Positions 23,090 through 31,993 of a stretch of DNA of 43,893 nt are shown here, piece after piece. The DNA lies in assembly GCA_027365145.1 (NCBI GenBank), contig DAHXOA010000035.1, positions 1 through 43,893 of the forward strand, in the 5' to 3' direction. The stretch's first letter is position 1. Each line of letters begins with the position of its first letter. The stretch comes from Acidimicrobiaceae bacterium. GTDB taxonomy: Bacteria; Actinomycetota; Acidimicrobiia; Acidimicrobiales; RAAP-2. Under the pieces are notes generated by a model. It was not told the origin of the DNA. It made no database searches and was given only the letters and a program-made list of their open reading frames with translations. Made by a program: the position numbers and the translations under genes.

Positions 23090-24727
23090 TCATCCAGCCG
23101 GCCGGTGGGCAGCCCCGTCCCTGCCAGGTCCTCCCGTTCCCTCCACGTCTCCCTCCACGTCTCCCTCCAAGCCCAGGAACGCCGGAAGCGCACGGCGGCG
23201 GACCTTCCCGGTCGGCGTCATGGGCAACGAGCTCGTGACCACGTAGCGCTTCGGGCGCTTGTGCGGAGCCAGGCGGGCCTCGGCCGCCAGGCGGGCCGCG
23301 TCGACCAGGCTGTCGGGACCGGGTTGCACACGAGGACCGGCGCCGGGAGCAGAGCCAGGGCCGCGTCGACCGGGTGCCGACGGCCCTGGAACCAGGGCGG
23401 CGCACACTGCCTGGCCCCACCGGTCGTCGGGCAAGGCGAAGACCGCCACCTGGGCGACGCCGGGAGCTTCGGCCAGCGCTGCCTCGATCTCCGCCGGGTA
23501 GACGTTGACACCGCCGGTGATGATGAGGTCGTCCCGGCGGCCGTCCAGGAACAGGTAGCCGTCCCCGTCGATCCGGCCCAGGTCCCCGACCGTGAACGCG
23601 CCGTCGCGCCACGCCCGTGCAGTCTTCTCCGAGTCACGCCAGTAGGAGAACCGAGCGAAGGCGGGTGGCTCGCACCAGATGGTCCCGTCGCCGTCGACCT
23701 GGAGCCGGCGCCCGGGGCGGGCCCGCCCGACCGTGCCGGGGCGCTCCAGCCATTCGTCGGGCCCGCACACGGTGAACTGGCCTTCGGTGGAACCGTAGAA
23801 CTCCCACAGGACGCCGGGACCGACGAGGTCCATGGCCGCCCGCTTCAGGGCCGGAGGACAGGCGGATCCGGCATGCACGAGCAGCCGGAGCGCATCGAAG
23901 GGATCGGGGTCGGCACCGGTCGCGTCGATCAGACGCTGGAGCGCGGTGGGGGCCATGAAGGCCGTGGTCGGCCGCGGACCCACTCGTCCTCGTCCGGTCA
24001 GGGCCGCGACCGCCTCGGCGGCATCGAACCGGTCGAGCACCAGGCAGGTGCCTCCCCGGAGCAGCGTTCCTCCGGCGAACCGCGTGGAGACGGAGTGGTA
24101 CATCGGCGAGCACACCAGGTGGACGTCACCGGCGTCGAAGCCCCAGAGATCGGCCTCGTCGACGAAGGCTGCCTCGGCTGCACGGTCGTCCCAGATCCCC
24201 GTCCAGACGCCCTTGGAGCGGCCCGTGGTCCCCGACGTGTAGTGCATCGGCCGCGCCAGCGGGTAGGGCGCCAGCTCCACCGGGTCCCCGGCGTCGAGGA
24301 CGGCGAGATCCCCGGCGTCGAGGACGGTGAGGCTCGGGTCGGCGTCCGCCACCAGCTCGTCACGCTCGGGGGGGAGCAAGGCGGCATGGAGGAGCACGGG
24401 GACGACCCCGGTGCGCAGCGCCCCGAGCACGGCGCACAGGAGCAGGGCTGACGACGGGAGGGCGAAGACCACCCGGTCGCCGGCTCGGACGCCCCGAGCG
24501 GCCAGGGCGCCGGCGACGCGACGCTGCCGGACCTCGGCGTCGGCCGCCGTCAGGACCTCGATCACTCCGCGGTCGGGCGTCCCCCGGAGCTCCGTCCCTT
24601 CGCCCGCCACGGCTTCAGGGCGAACCACCAGATGCTGGCCATCGTCGCCACCACCCCGAGCGCGGCTGCGGGCTTCACCAGCTTGCGTGAACGTGCCATA
24701 CCCCGACCCTATCCCCCGGCGTGACAT
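23090..24727 (-). CDS. AMP-dependent acyl-CoA synthetase/ligase (ANL superfamily)
   Basis: MHYTSGTTGRSKGV is an AMP-binding P-loop, followed by YGSTEG, DGYLFLDGRRDDLIITGGVNVYPAEIE and PMTPTGKVRR. It lies 15 bp upstream of the ALDH on the same strand. The N-terminal start is uncertain. Confidence 0.88.
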   Translation of the reverse strand: MSRRGIGSGYGTFTQAGEARSRARGGGDDGQHLVVRPEAVAGEGTELRGTPDRGVIEVLTAADAEVRQRRVAGALAARGVRAGDRVVFALPSSALLLCAVLGALRTGVVPVLLHAALLPPERDELVADADPSLTVLDAGDLAVLDAGDPVELAPYPLARPMHYTSGTTGRSKGVWTGIWDDRAAEAAFVDEADLWGFDAGDVHLVCSPMYHSVSTRFAGGTLLRGGTCLVLDRFDAAEAVAALTGRGRVGPRPTTAFMAPTALQRLIDATGADPDPFDALRLLVHAGSACPPALKRAAMDLVGPGVLWEFYGSTEGQFTVCGPDEWLERPGTVGRARPGRRLQVDGDGTIWCEPPAFARFSYWRDSEKTARAWRDGAFTVGDLGRIDGDGYLFLDGRRDDLIITGGVNVYPAEIEAALAEAPGVAQVAVFALPDDRWGQAVCAALVPGPSAPGRRGPGSAPGAGPRVQPGPDSLVDAARLAAEARLAPHKRPKRYVVTSSLPMTPTGKVRRRALPAFLGLEGDVEGDVEGTGGPGRDGAAHRPAG

Positions 24728-24867
24728 CGCGGTCCCCGAGGTCCGGGCGCTCGTCCACCGGGTGGCCGGGAACGTCTCCGGGCCGAGATTCTTCGTGGTC
24801 TTTGAGGTTCTTCACACACTCCTTTTAGGTTCGACCGCCATGATGGGCACATGACCGATGCACCAGA

Positions 24868-24900
24868 CCAGTACCGGGATCGCCCAGTCTCCGGTACTGG
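24868..24900. repeat. perfect 10-bp inverted repeat CCAGTACCGG-N13-CCGGTACTGG
   Basis: Read directly from the sequence. It lies in the 430-bp non-coding gap between the acyl-CoA synthetase start and the ileS stop. Confidence 0.85.
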
Positions 24901-25156
24901 TGATACCTCCGGAGAGCTCCCGGAACCTCCCCCTCCCGGTCGCAGCCCGGAGGCGGTGCATCCGGTCGAGGCGGCAGCCGTGCGGGTCGCGCCCGACTGG
25001 CGCCTCGTCAGGCGCACCCCGGGAGGGGCGGGTCGCAACGGCCCTCCCGGGGTGACCAGCCCAGCGGGACGACGCAGGTTCGGCGCGGCGCTGGCCCGCC
25101 GGCGGCTCCTCAGACGGCAGCCGACCGCCTGACCCGATCGGGGCGGAGGAGCCCGG

Positions 25157-28100
25157 TCATGCCCGGGTGATCCACATGCGGGCGTGATGGACCGCCCCGG
25201 TGCCGTCCTCGACGTCGAGCGGTGTCCCGCGGTCCGGGTCCGGATCGCTGTCGGCGTCACCCGTTGTCCCCGATACGCCCGGCGATCCGAAAGCCACCGA
25301 GTCGGCGAGCACCTCACGCCCGATGGCCTCACGGAGGGGTGCCACCCTGTCGAGACCGTCCAACCGGAGGTGGATCGCGTCGGAGACGGAGAAGCCGGCC
25401 GCCTTCCGGGCGTCCTGGACGTGACGCACCACCTCGCGCGCCAGTCCCCGGGTCACGAGGTCGTCGTCGAGCGTCAGGTCCAGCGCGACCACCTCCGCCC
25501 CGTCCCGGGACACGGCGAACCCCCCCTGCCCCTGGACGCGGAGCTCGAGCTCCTCGGGTCCGAGCTCGACGCGGTCACCGGCCACCTCGACGGTCACCGT
25601 GTGGCCGCCTGCCAGCTCGGCAGCCACCGCCGCCGCGTCGAGACCAGCCAACGCCGACCGGAGCGCTTGGACCCGCGGCCCCAGGCGGGGACCGAGCAGC
25701 TTGAAATTGGGGACCAGCTCGTAGGCGAGCACGTCGCCCAGGTCCGAGGTCACCTCGACGGCGTCGACGTTCAACTCGTCGGCCACCATGTCCTCCAGGA
25801 AGGAGGACGCCCCGGGAGGCAGATGGACGAGCGCCCGGGCCAGCGGCTGGCGCACCCGGACCCCGGCGTCGGCCCGGGCGGCCCGGCCCAGGGAGGCGAG
25901 CCGCCGGGACAGCGCCATCGCCTGTTCGAGGTCGGGGTCGGCCACCTCGGGTCGCGGGAGCGGCCAGTCCTCCAGGTGGATCGAGTCCGCCTCGGCCGCC
26001 CCGGTGAGGTCGCGCCACAGGCGATCGGCGAGGAACGGGCACAGGGGGGCGAGCAGCTGGGCCACGGTCACCAGCGCGTCGTGCAACGTGGCCTGGGCCG
26101 CCAGGCCGTCGGCCGGGTCCATGCCCGGATCGGTCCGCCAGAACCGACGGCGGCTGCGCCGGACGTACCAGTTGGATAGATCGTCGACGAGCTCTGCGAT
26201 GGCCGTCGCGGCCGGGTAGGGCTCGTAGCCGTCGAGCGCGCCGGTGACGATGTCGATCGTGGCGGCCAGCCGGGACGCCAGCCATCGGTCGAGCACGGGA
26301 CGGTCGGGCACCCGGGGGATCAGCGGATCGGCGGGGTCGAACCCGTTCAGCGACGCGTACGTGGTGAAGAACGCCCACGTGTTCCAGAGCGTGAGCATCG
26401 TGTCACGGAGGGACGCGTCGATGGCAGCCAGGCTGACCCTGGTCGGCGTCCACGGCGAGCCCTGGGAGAACATCCACCAGCGCAGGGCGTCGACCCCCCG
26501 GGAGTCGATGATCTCCCACGGGTCGATGACGTTGCCCACGCTCTTCGACATCTTCCGGCCGTCGACGTCGACGATGTGCCCCAGGCACAGCACGTTCCGG
26601 TACGGGGAGCGTCCGTAGACGAGGGTGTTCACCGCCAGGAGGGAGTAGAACCAGCCACGGGTCTGGTCGATCGCCTCGCAGATGAAGTCGGCGGGGTACG
26701 GCGTCGGCGGGGATCCGGCGGTGCGATCGGCCTCGGTCACGAGGTGACCCCACTGGGCCGTCGGCATGGAGCCCGAGTCGAACCAGGCGTCGATGACCGG
26801 CTCCACCCGGGACATGATCGACGCCGGCCCCGGCGGCCCGTCGCCGGGAGGGCAGTCGGGGCAGGGAAAGGTCACGTCGTCGATCGTCGGCCGGTGGGGA
26901 TCGATTCCGGTGACGTCACGCCCGGCCAGCTCGGAGAGCTCGGCCAGCGAACCGACGCACCGGGTGTGCCCGTGCCGCTCGCACTCCCACACCGGGAGCG
27001 GCGTCCCCCAGTACCGGTCACGGGAGAGCGCCCAGTCGATGTTGTTGAGGAGCCACTCCCCCATACGGCCGTCGCGGATGTGCTCCGGGTGCCAGCCGAT
27101 GCCTCGGTTCTCCCCGACCAGCGCCTCCTTCCGGGCCGACGTCCGGATGTACCAGCTCGGCTTGCCCCAGTAGATGAGGGCGGTGCCACATCGCCAGCAG
27201 TGGGGGTAGGCGTGGGTGTAGGGATGGCGCCGAACCAGCAGCCCCCGGGCCTCAAGTGCGTCGTTCACCTCGGCAGTGGTCTCCCGGACGGTCCGACCTG
27301 CCAACCACGGAACCGCCGGCGTGAACCTCCCGTCCGGCCCGACCGGGTTCAGAGTCGGGAGGCTCGCCTCGACCCCGATCTGCCGGTCGATCTCACCGAA
27401 GGCGGGGGCGAGGTGCACGATCCCGGTGCCCTCGTCGGCCTCTACGAAGGCACCCGGCACCACCCGCCACCCGACCCCGCCCCGGGGGTCGACGGACAGA
27501 TCATCGAAGGGGCGGCGGTAGCGCAGGCCGACCAGGTCGGCGCCCTTCACACGATGCGTCACGGTGGCCTCGTCGCCGAAGACGCTGCCCACCAGGTCGA
27601 CAGCGACGATCTCGTCGCCCACCAGCCCGTAGTCCAGATCGGGACCCACGGCCGCGCCGGTGTTGGACAGGAGCGTCCAAGGGGTAGTGGTCCACGCCAC
27701 GAGCGAGATGCCCTCGACCCGGTCGCGCCCGAGGAGCGCGGCCAGGTGACGGGCCCGGGCGACCGGACCGTCGCCGGACGGGCTCTCCCCGGACGCGTCC
27801 CCTCCGTCCCCTCCGTCCCCGTCGATCAGGGGCAGGCGGACGTAGGCGGACTCGTCGACCACCGGCTGGTAGACGTCGGGCTGGCCCAGCTCGTGGCTGG
27901 AGAGGGCCGTGCCGCACCGGGGACAGTAGGGGACGACCTTGATGTCCCGGTAGAGCAGGCCCGCGTCCCAGATCCCCTTCAGCTGGGACCACACGGACTC
28001 CACGTAGCGGGGATCGAAGGTCCAGTAGGCGTCGTCGAAGTCGATCCAGTACCCGATCCGCTCGCTGAGGCGCTGCCAGTCCTCCACGTAGGCACGGACC

Positions 28101-28471
28101 GACTCCCGGCAGAGCCGGGTGAACTCGGCGATCCCGACCTCGTCTTCGATCTGGCTCTTCGTGGTGATGCCCAGGCGCTTCTCCACCTCCACCTCGACCG
28201 GCAGGCCGTGGGTGTCCCACCCTGCCTTCCGCCGGACCTGGAACCCCCGCATCGTCCGATACCGGCAGAACAGGTCCTTGTAGATACGGGCCCAGACGTG
28301 GTGGAGCCCGGGCTTGCCGTTCGCCGTCGGGGGGCCCTCGTAGAAGATCCAGGGCTCGCCACCTTCACGGAGCTCGACCGAGCGCTCGAACACGCGGTGG
28401 TCGCGCCAGCGGGCCAGCTCCTCGGCCTCGAGCGCGGTGAGATCGATGTCGGCGGGAACCGGGCGGAACAA
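25157..28471 (-). CDS. ileS: isoleucine--tRNA ligase (long, type-2-like form)
   Basis: FYEGPPTANGKPGLHHVWARIYKD carries the HIGH-type motif, KMSKSVGN is KMSKS, and there are CP1 editing and C-terminal domains. The start is proposed at TTG 28471 (...GAGAGGGAGTGCCCG TTG TTC CGC CCG), giving MFRPVPADIDL. The 66 codons upstream, to GTG 28669, are low-complexity and run through a hexamer repeat. Confidence 0.9.
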   Translation of the reverse strand: MFRPVPADIDLTALEAEELARWRDHRVFERSVELREGGEPWIFYEGPPTANGKPGLHHVWARIYKDLFCRYRTMRGFQVRRKAGWDTHGLPVEVEVEKRLGITTKSQIEDEVGIAEFTRLCRESVRAYVEDWQRLSERIGYWIDFDDAYWTFDPRYVESVWSQLKGIWDAGLLYRDIKVVPYCPRCGTALSSHELGQPDVYQPVVDESAYVRLPLIDGDGGDGGDASGESPSGDGPVARARHLAALLGRDRVEGISLVAWTTTPWTLLSNTGAAVGPDLDYGLVGDEIVAVDLVGSVFGDEATVTHRVKGADLVGLRYRRPFDDLSVDPRGGVGWRVVPGAFVEADEGTGIVHLAPAFGEIDRQIGVEASLPTLNPVGPDGRFTPAVPWLAGRTVRETTAEVNDALEARGLLVRRHPYTHAYPHCWRCGTALIYWGKPSWYIRTSARKEALVGENRGIGWHPEHIRDGRMGEWLLNNIDWALSRDRYWGTPLPVWECERHGHTRCVGSLAELSELAGRDVTGIDPHRPTIDDVTFPCPDCPPGDGPPGPASIMSRVEPVIDAWFDSGSMPTAQWGHLVTEADRTAGSPPTPYPADFICEAIDQTRGWFYSLLAVNTLVYGRSPYRNVLCLGHIVDVDGRKMSKSVGNVIDPWEIIDSRGVDALRWWMFSQGSPWTPTRVSLAAIDASLRDTMLTLWNTWAFFTTYASLNGFDPADPLIPRVPDRPVLDRWLASRLAATIDIVTGALDGYEPYPAATAIAELVDDLSNWYVRRSRRRFWRTDPGMDPADGLAAQATLHDALVTVAQLLAPLCPFLADRLWRDLTGAAEADSIHLEDWPLPRPEVADPDLEQAMALSRRLASLGRAARADAGVRVRQPLARALVHLPPGASSFLEDMVADELNVDAVEVTSDLGDVLAYELVPNFKLLGPRLGPRVQALRSALAGLDAAAVAAELAGGHTVTVEVAGDRVELGPEELELRVQGQGGFAVSRDGAEVVALDLTLDDDLVTRGLAREVVRHVQDARKAAGFSVSDAIHLRLDGLDRVAPLREAIGREVLADSVAFGSPGVSGTTGDADSDPDPDRGTPLDVEDGTGAVHHARMWITRA

Positions 28472-28506
28472 CGGGCACTCCCTCTCGTGGTCGGAGCGTG
28501 GGTGGT

Positions 28507-28542
28507 CAGGTTCAGGGTCAGGTGCAGGTGCAGGTGCAGGTG
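28507..28542. repeat. hexamer tandem repeat CAGGTT CAGGGT (CAGGTG)x4 in the ileS leader
   Basis: Read directly from the sequence. It is flanked by a 13-bp direct repeat GTGGGTGGTCAGG (about 28497-28510 and 28557-28570). Confidence 0.9.
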
Positions 28543-28702
28543 GACAGTTGGAGCCGGGTGGGTGGTCAGGTCCGGTCCGCCTGGACCAGCTGAGCCGGTC
28601 TGGCCAGGACGGGGCGGAAATGGTGGAACGAGGCAGGTTGGGCAGGTCGGCACCAGATACTACGGGCACCAGCCGCCGTGACTGTTCACGCAGGGCACGC
28701 GC

Positions 28703-30040
28703 TCAGTCCACCCATCGTCCTTGCACCAGCAGGACGCTCCAGAGGGCGAGCACAACGCCCTCGACGACGACGATCCCGCCCAGGAGGTAGCGCCGGGTGA
28801 CGAGCTGGCGGCGAACCCAGGGGTGGAGGGAGAGCGCCACCCACAGCGGGTACGACAGCCGGGTGATGGAGTAGGGATAGCCGTACTCGGCGGCCTGGAC
28901 CAGGAGTGGCACCAGCCCCACGACGAGGATCGCCACCTCCCACCCGAACCCGCCTCGCCACCAGACCAGTGCGACGACGGCCAGGAGGGCCACGGCGACG
29001 ATCCCGTCCAGGGTGTAGCTGAACGCCCTCGCCCCCGTCTGGGTGAAGAACGCCTCCAACCCCCGGCCGACCGCCCGGGACGTCACGAGCGCATCGAGGA
29101 TCTGACCGAGTGTGCGGTGCGGGAACCAGGCCTGGCCGGCCTGGAACTTTGCCAGCGGGTCGTGGAAACGGACACCCAGGTAGGCCATGTCGGCCAGGAA
29201 GCCGCCGACGCCGAGCAGCTCCCGCCCGAGCACCCGGGGCTTCACGGGATGAACGAGCGACCGGGACGCCACCCACTCGTAGATGGCGTAGCCGATGGGG
29301 GCGGCCAGCGCGGAAGGGTCGGCCGCCGTGGCCAGGCCGAAGAAGACCGCAGCCATCGTCAACCGGTCCCGCCGGACCATGAGGAACGCGGCCGCCACCA
29401 GGAGGACGGTCAGCGACGTCCCGTAGCCCTGGATCCCGAAGATCGACGCCGGGTACACGGCGGCCAACACGACGACGGCGAGCCCCGCCTGGTCCCAACG
29501 GGTACCGGACGTGGCGGCGGCAGTGGCGGCGGTAGTGCTGGTGGGTGAGGGATCTCCGGCGAGAACAGCATGCCGTGGCTGCACCGGCAGGGCCACCAGC
29601 ACCGCCAGGACGACCAGGAAGGCTCCCTGGAAGGCCACGCTCGCCACGAACCCCGAGGCCGTATAGGAGAGCCCGGTCAGCAGGTGGACAGCCCGTTCTG
29701 CCAACGGGAAGAGTGGGAGGAAGGCCGGGTTCTGACCGGTGCTCGCGTTGCCGTTCCATGCATACCCGTGCTCGGCGATCGACCGCAGCCAGCCTGCATC
29801 CCAGGTCCCGACCACCGAGCGGAACGCCGTCGACCACGACCGCGCCGGATAGAGCAGGCGGGACTCGACCGTGACAAGGACGCAGACGCCCACCAGCCAC
29901 ATCCCGAAGACCGCCAGTCCCTGGCCGGCGGCTCGCAGCGTCGCCCCCCGGCACCGGCGCCTGGCCGGACCGGCACGGTAGGCGGCCGACGGACCGGCCG
30001 GCTTCGGGGGTCGGGCCACACTCGACCGCTGCCGATCCAC
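28703..30040 (-). CDS. integral-membrane glycosyl/mannosyltransferase (PIG-V / GT-C-like)
   Basis: It has about 9-10 hydrophobic helices. The N-terminal luminal motif WDAGWLRSIAEHGY...NPAFLPLFPL matches the PIG-V-type WD..W...IA..GY....AFFPL.P pattern. The start is a GTG. Confidence 0.7.
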   Translation of the reverse strand: MDRQRSSVARPPKPAGPSAAYRAGPARRRCRGATLRAAGQGLAVFGMWLVGVCVLVTVESRLLYPARSWSTAFRSVVGTWDAGWLRSIAEHGYAWNGNASTGQNPAFLPLFPLAERAVHLLTGLSYTASGFVASVAFQGAFLVVLAVLVALPVQPRHAVLAGDPSPTSTTAATAAATSGTRWDQAGLAVVVLAAVYPASIFGIQGYGTSLTVLLVAAAFLMVRRDRLTMAAVFFGLATAADPSALAAPIGYAIYEWVASRSLVHPVKPRVLGRELLGVGGFLADMAYLGVRFHDPLAKFQAGQAWFPHRTLGQILDALVTSRAVGRGLEAFFTQTGARAFSYTLDGIVAVALLAVVALVWWRGGFGWEVAILVVGLVPLLVQAAEYGYPYSITRLSYPLWVALSLHPWVRRQLVTRRYLLGGIVVVEGVVLALWSVLLVQGRWVD

Positions 30041-30056
30041 CGAAACAACCTATCTG

Positions 30057-30136
30057 CACCATCACGGTGGACTGCGCACCATCACGGTGGACTGCACCCC
30101 ATCACGGTGGACTGCACCCCATGGCGGTCGATGCAA
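30057..30136. repeat. 20-bp tandem repeat x4 (CACCATCACGGTGGACTGCG and variants)
   Basis: Read directly from the sequence. There are three near-identical units plus one degenerate unit, starting 17 bp upstream of the glycosyltransferase start codon. Each unit contains the mini-palindrome CACC-N6-GGTG. Confidence 0.92.
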
Positions 30137-30524
30137 CCGAGCAAGGAAGCGCCGGGAACACGGGTTCAGACTGGACCGCCCCAAGGCCGCTGCCGTGGTG
30201 CGTACGTCCGTCTGCGTCGGCACACTCGGCATCACCCGCGACGAAGTCCTCCTCCACGCGGTCCTGGGGTGGCCAACTGCTGTCGCACCAGGTGACCGAA
30301 GACCGTTCGCAGTCACCGCCTGGCCGGGACTCACTCCTGACCAGTGTTCGGGAACGGTTCTCGAGTCACTGCGAACGCTCGCGTTCCCCATGCATGACCG
30401 TCTTCACGGGAACCGAGGACCCCGCCCCCACCCCCGGCCGGAGCCGGGAACGATCCGGAAGTCTCCCGGGACGGCTGGCACTCCACACACCGGGCAGCAC
30501 ACACCGGGCAGCGCCCGGGAGCGC

Positions 30525-31187
30525 CTAGGCGTCAGACCACAACGGCTCGTTCACCTCGACCCCCAGCGCCGTGCCCCACCGGTTACGGTACGACACCTCG
30601 TGGACCGGGTGCCGGGCGGCCACACCCCACGTGCCGGACGGGTAGCCGAAGCTCACGCAGCAGGCCATGACCCACCCCTTCCCCTCCGGCACGCCCAGGA
30701 TGGCAAGCGTCTCTTTGGGGTGGAACGCGCCGAGCACGGCGGTGAGCGAGCTCCCGACTCCCTCGGCACGGGCGGCGAGCTGGGCACTCCAGACGGCCGG
30801 GAAGATCGAGCCGCCGCTCGGATCGCCCTGGGCGAACGCGAACAGGTAGAGCGGCACGTCTTCGAAGTGGTCGGCGAGCCACTGCGCCGAACGCTGGACC
30901 TTCAGCATCGAGATGCTGGCCTCCGACTCCGGGTCCGCTGCCGCCGCCGCCAGCCGATCGGCGTAGGCCGTCTGCCACAACCGGTCGATGCTGTCTCGGT
31001 AGAGCGGCCCGATCTCCGCCTTCACCGCCGGATCGTCGACGAGCAGGAACCGCCAGTTCTGGGAGTTCCCGCCGCTCGGCGCCCGGATGGCCGCATCGAG
31101 GATCCGGGCCTGGACGTCCATCGGGACCGGGTCGGGTCGCACCCGCCGCATCGCCCGGGTGGTGTACAGCGCTTCCCTCACGTCCAT
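30525..31187 (-). CDS. nitroreductase family protein
   Basis: MDVREALYTTRAMRRVRPDPVPMDVQARILDAAIRAPSGGNSQNWRFLLV is a classic nitroreductase N-terminus. The ATG at 31187 is preceded by GGGAGG. Confidence 0.88.
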   Translation of the reverse strand: MDVREALYTTRAMRRVRPDPVPMDVQARILDAAIRAPSGGNSQNWRFLLVDDPAVKAEIGPLYRDSIDRLWQTAYADRLAAAAADPESEASISMLKVQRSAQWLADHFEDVPLYLFAFAQGDPSGGSIFPAVWSAQLAARAEGVGSSLTAVLGAFHPKETLAILGVPEGKGWVMACCVSFGYPSGTWGVAARHPVHEVSYRNRWGTALGVEVNEPLWSDA

Positions 31188-31558
31188 GCTGCCTCCCGGA
31201 GATCTCGGTGCCAACGCTGGCACCCTACCTCGGCCCGTGCTCCAGCCGGCCGGAGCACGGGCTCGCGGGTGCCCGGCGCCATCGGGCACCCCTCCCGACC
31301 GGAGCGGTCAGTCGCTCGGAGCTCCGAGTCCGTCGCCAGCTCCGGTCGCTCGGGCCCGTGGGGGATGTCGATGCCCGTCTCCCCGATCCGCAACGCGCGC
31401 AGGATCACGCTCCCCACGTAGGCGGGGTGATGGGGGACCATCCCCGGACGCACCTCCTGGCCCAGCTCAAAAGCAGCAGTCGGCGCGGCGGGGTCGAGAC
31501 CGTCGAGCGGCGCGTGGAGGCTGGCACCGGCGAGATCCATCCGCCTCACGTCCACCAC
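31178..31558 (-). CDS. hypothetical protein (possibly the 3' part of a frameshifted gene)
   Basis: There is strong GC3 bias in this frame (VDVRRMDLAGASLHAPLDGLDPAAPTAAFELGQEVRPGMVPHHPAYVGSVILRALRIGETG...). No family was recognised. Coding-like signal continues upstream in two other frames. Confidence 0.3.
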   Translation of the reverse strand: MVDVRRMDLAGASLHAPLDGLDPAAPTAAFELGQEVRPGMVPHHPAYVGSVILRALRIGETGIDIPHGPERPELATDSELRATDRSGREGCPMAPGTREPVLRPAGARAEVGCQRWHRDLREAAWT

Positions 31559-31830
31559 CCTGACGTTGCTCGCGACGCGTCGCTCACGATCCGGGTCGCG
31601 GGCCCGCCGGTGGTCATGCCGGCGGTCAGAACGACCGCACCGCCGGCCGCCAGAACGCTCCCGGCTGCCCGCTGGGCCATCCGTCCGACTCGGTGCCTGT
31701 GGGAGTCCACCGCGCCTCGGTGGACGCGGCGCGATGCCTCTGGGCGCAGGTCACCGCAGCCATCCCGTGCGTCCCGATCCTTTGTCGTCGTCGGCACCCC
31801 GGGCGCCACACCCCGAGCCGCGCCCTCGTC

Positions 31831-31890
31831 CTCAGGCGTCCTCAGGCGTCCTCAGGCGCCCTCAGGCGTCCTCAGGCGTCCTCAGGCGCC
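31831..31890. repeat. decamer tandem repeat (CTCAGGCGYC)x6, organised as 2 x 30 bp (T,T,C)
   Basis: Read directly from the sequence, about 100 bp downstream of the thioesterase stop. It shares the TCAGGCGTC core with the heptamer array at 13583. Confidence 0.95.
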
Positions 31891-31993
31891 CCAGTAGGCG
31901 ATCCCGAGTGCCCAGGCCGAGATGCCACGCGTCTGGCCCAACCCCGACAGCGGGGCGTCGGGCCGGACGCGTGCGCCCCGTCGATCGGCCACG

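Noticed and set aside
24851-25132. 93-aa ORF (MTDAPDQYRDRPVSGTGDTSGELPEPPPPGRSPEAV...) as a real small protein
   Set aside because: The first third has mixed codon bias, the tail is Arg-rich, no motif is recognisable, and no RBS is evident. It is kept only as a note inside the intergenic finding.
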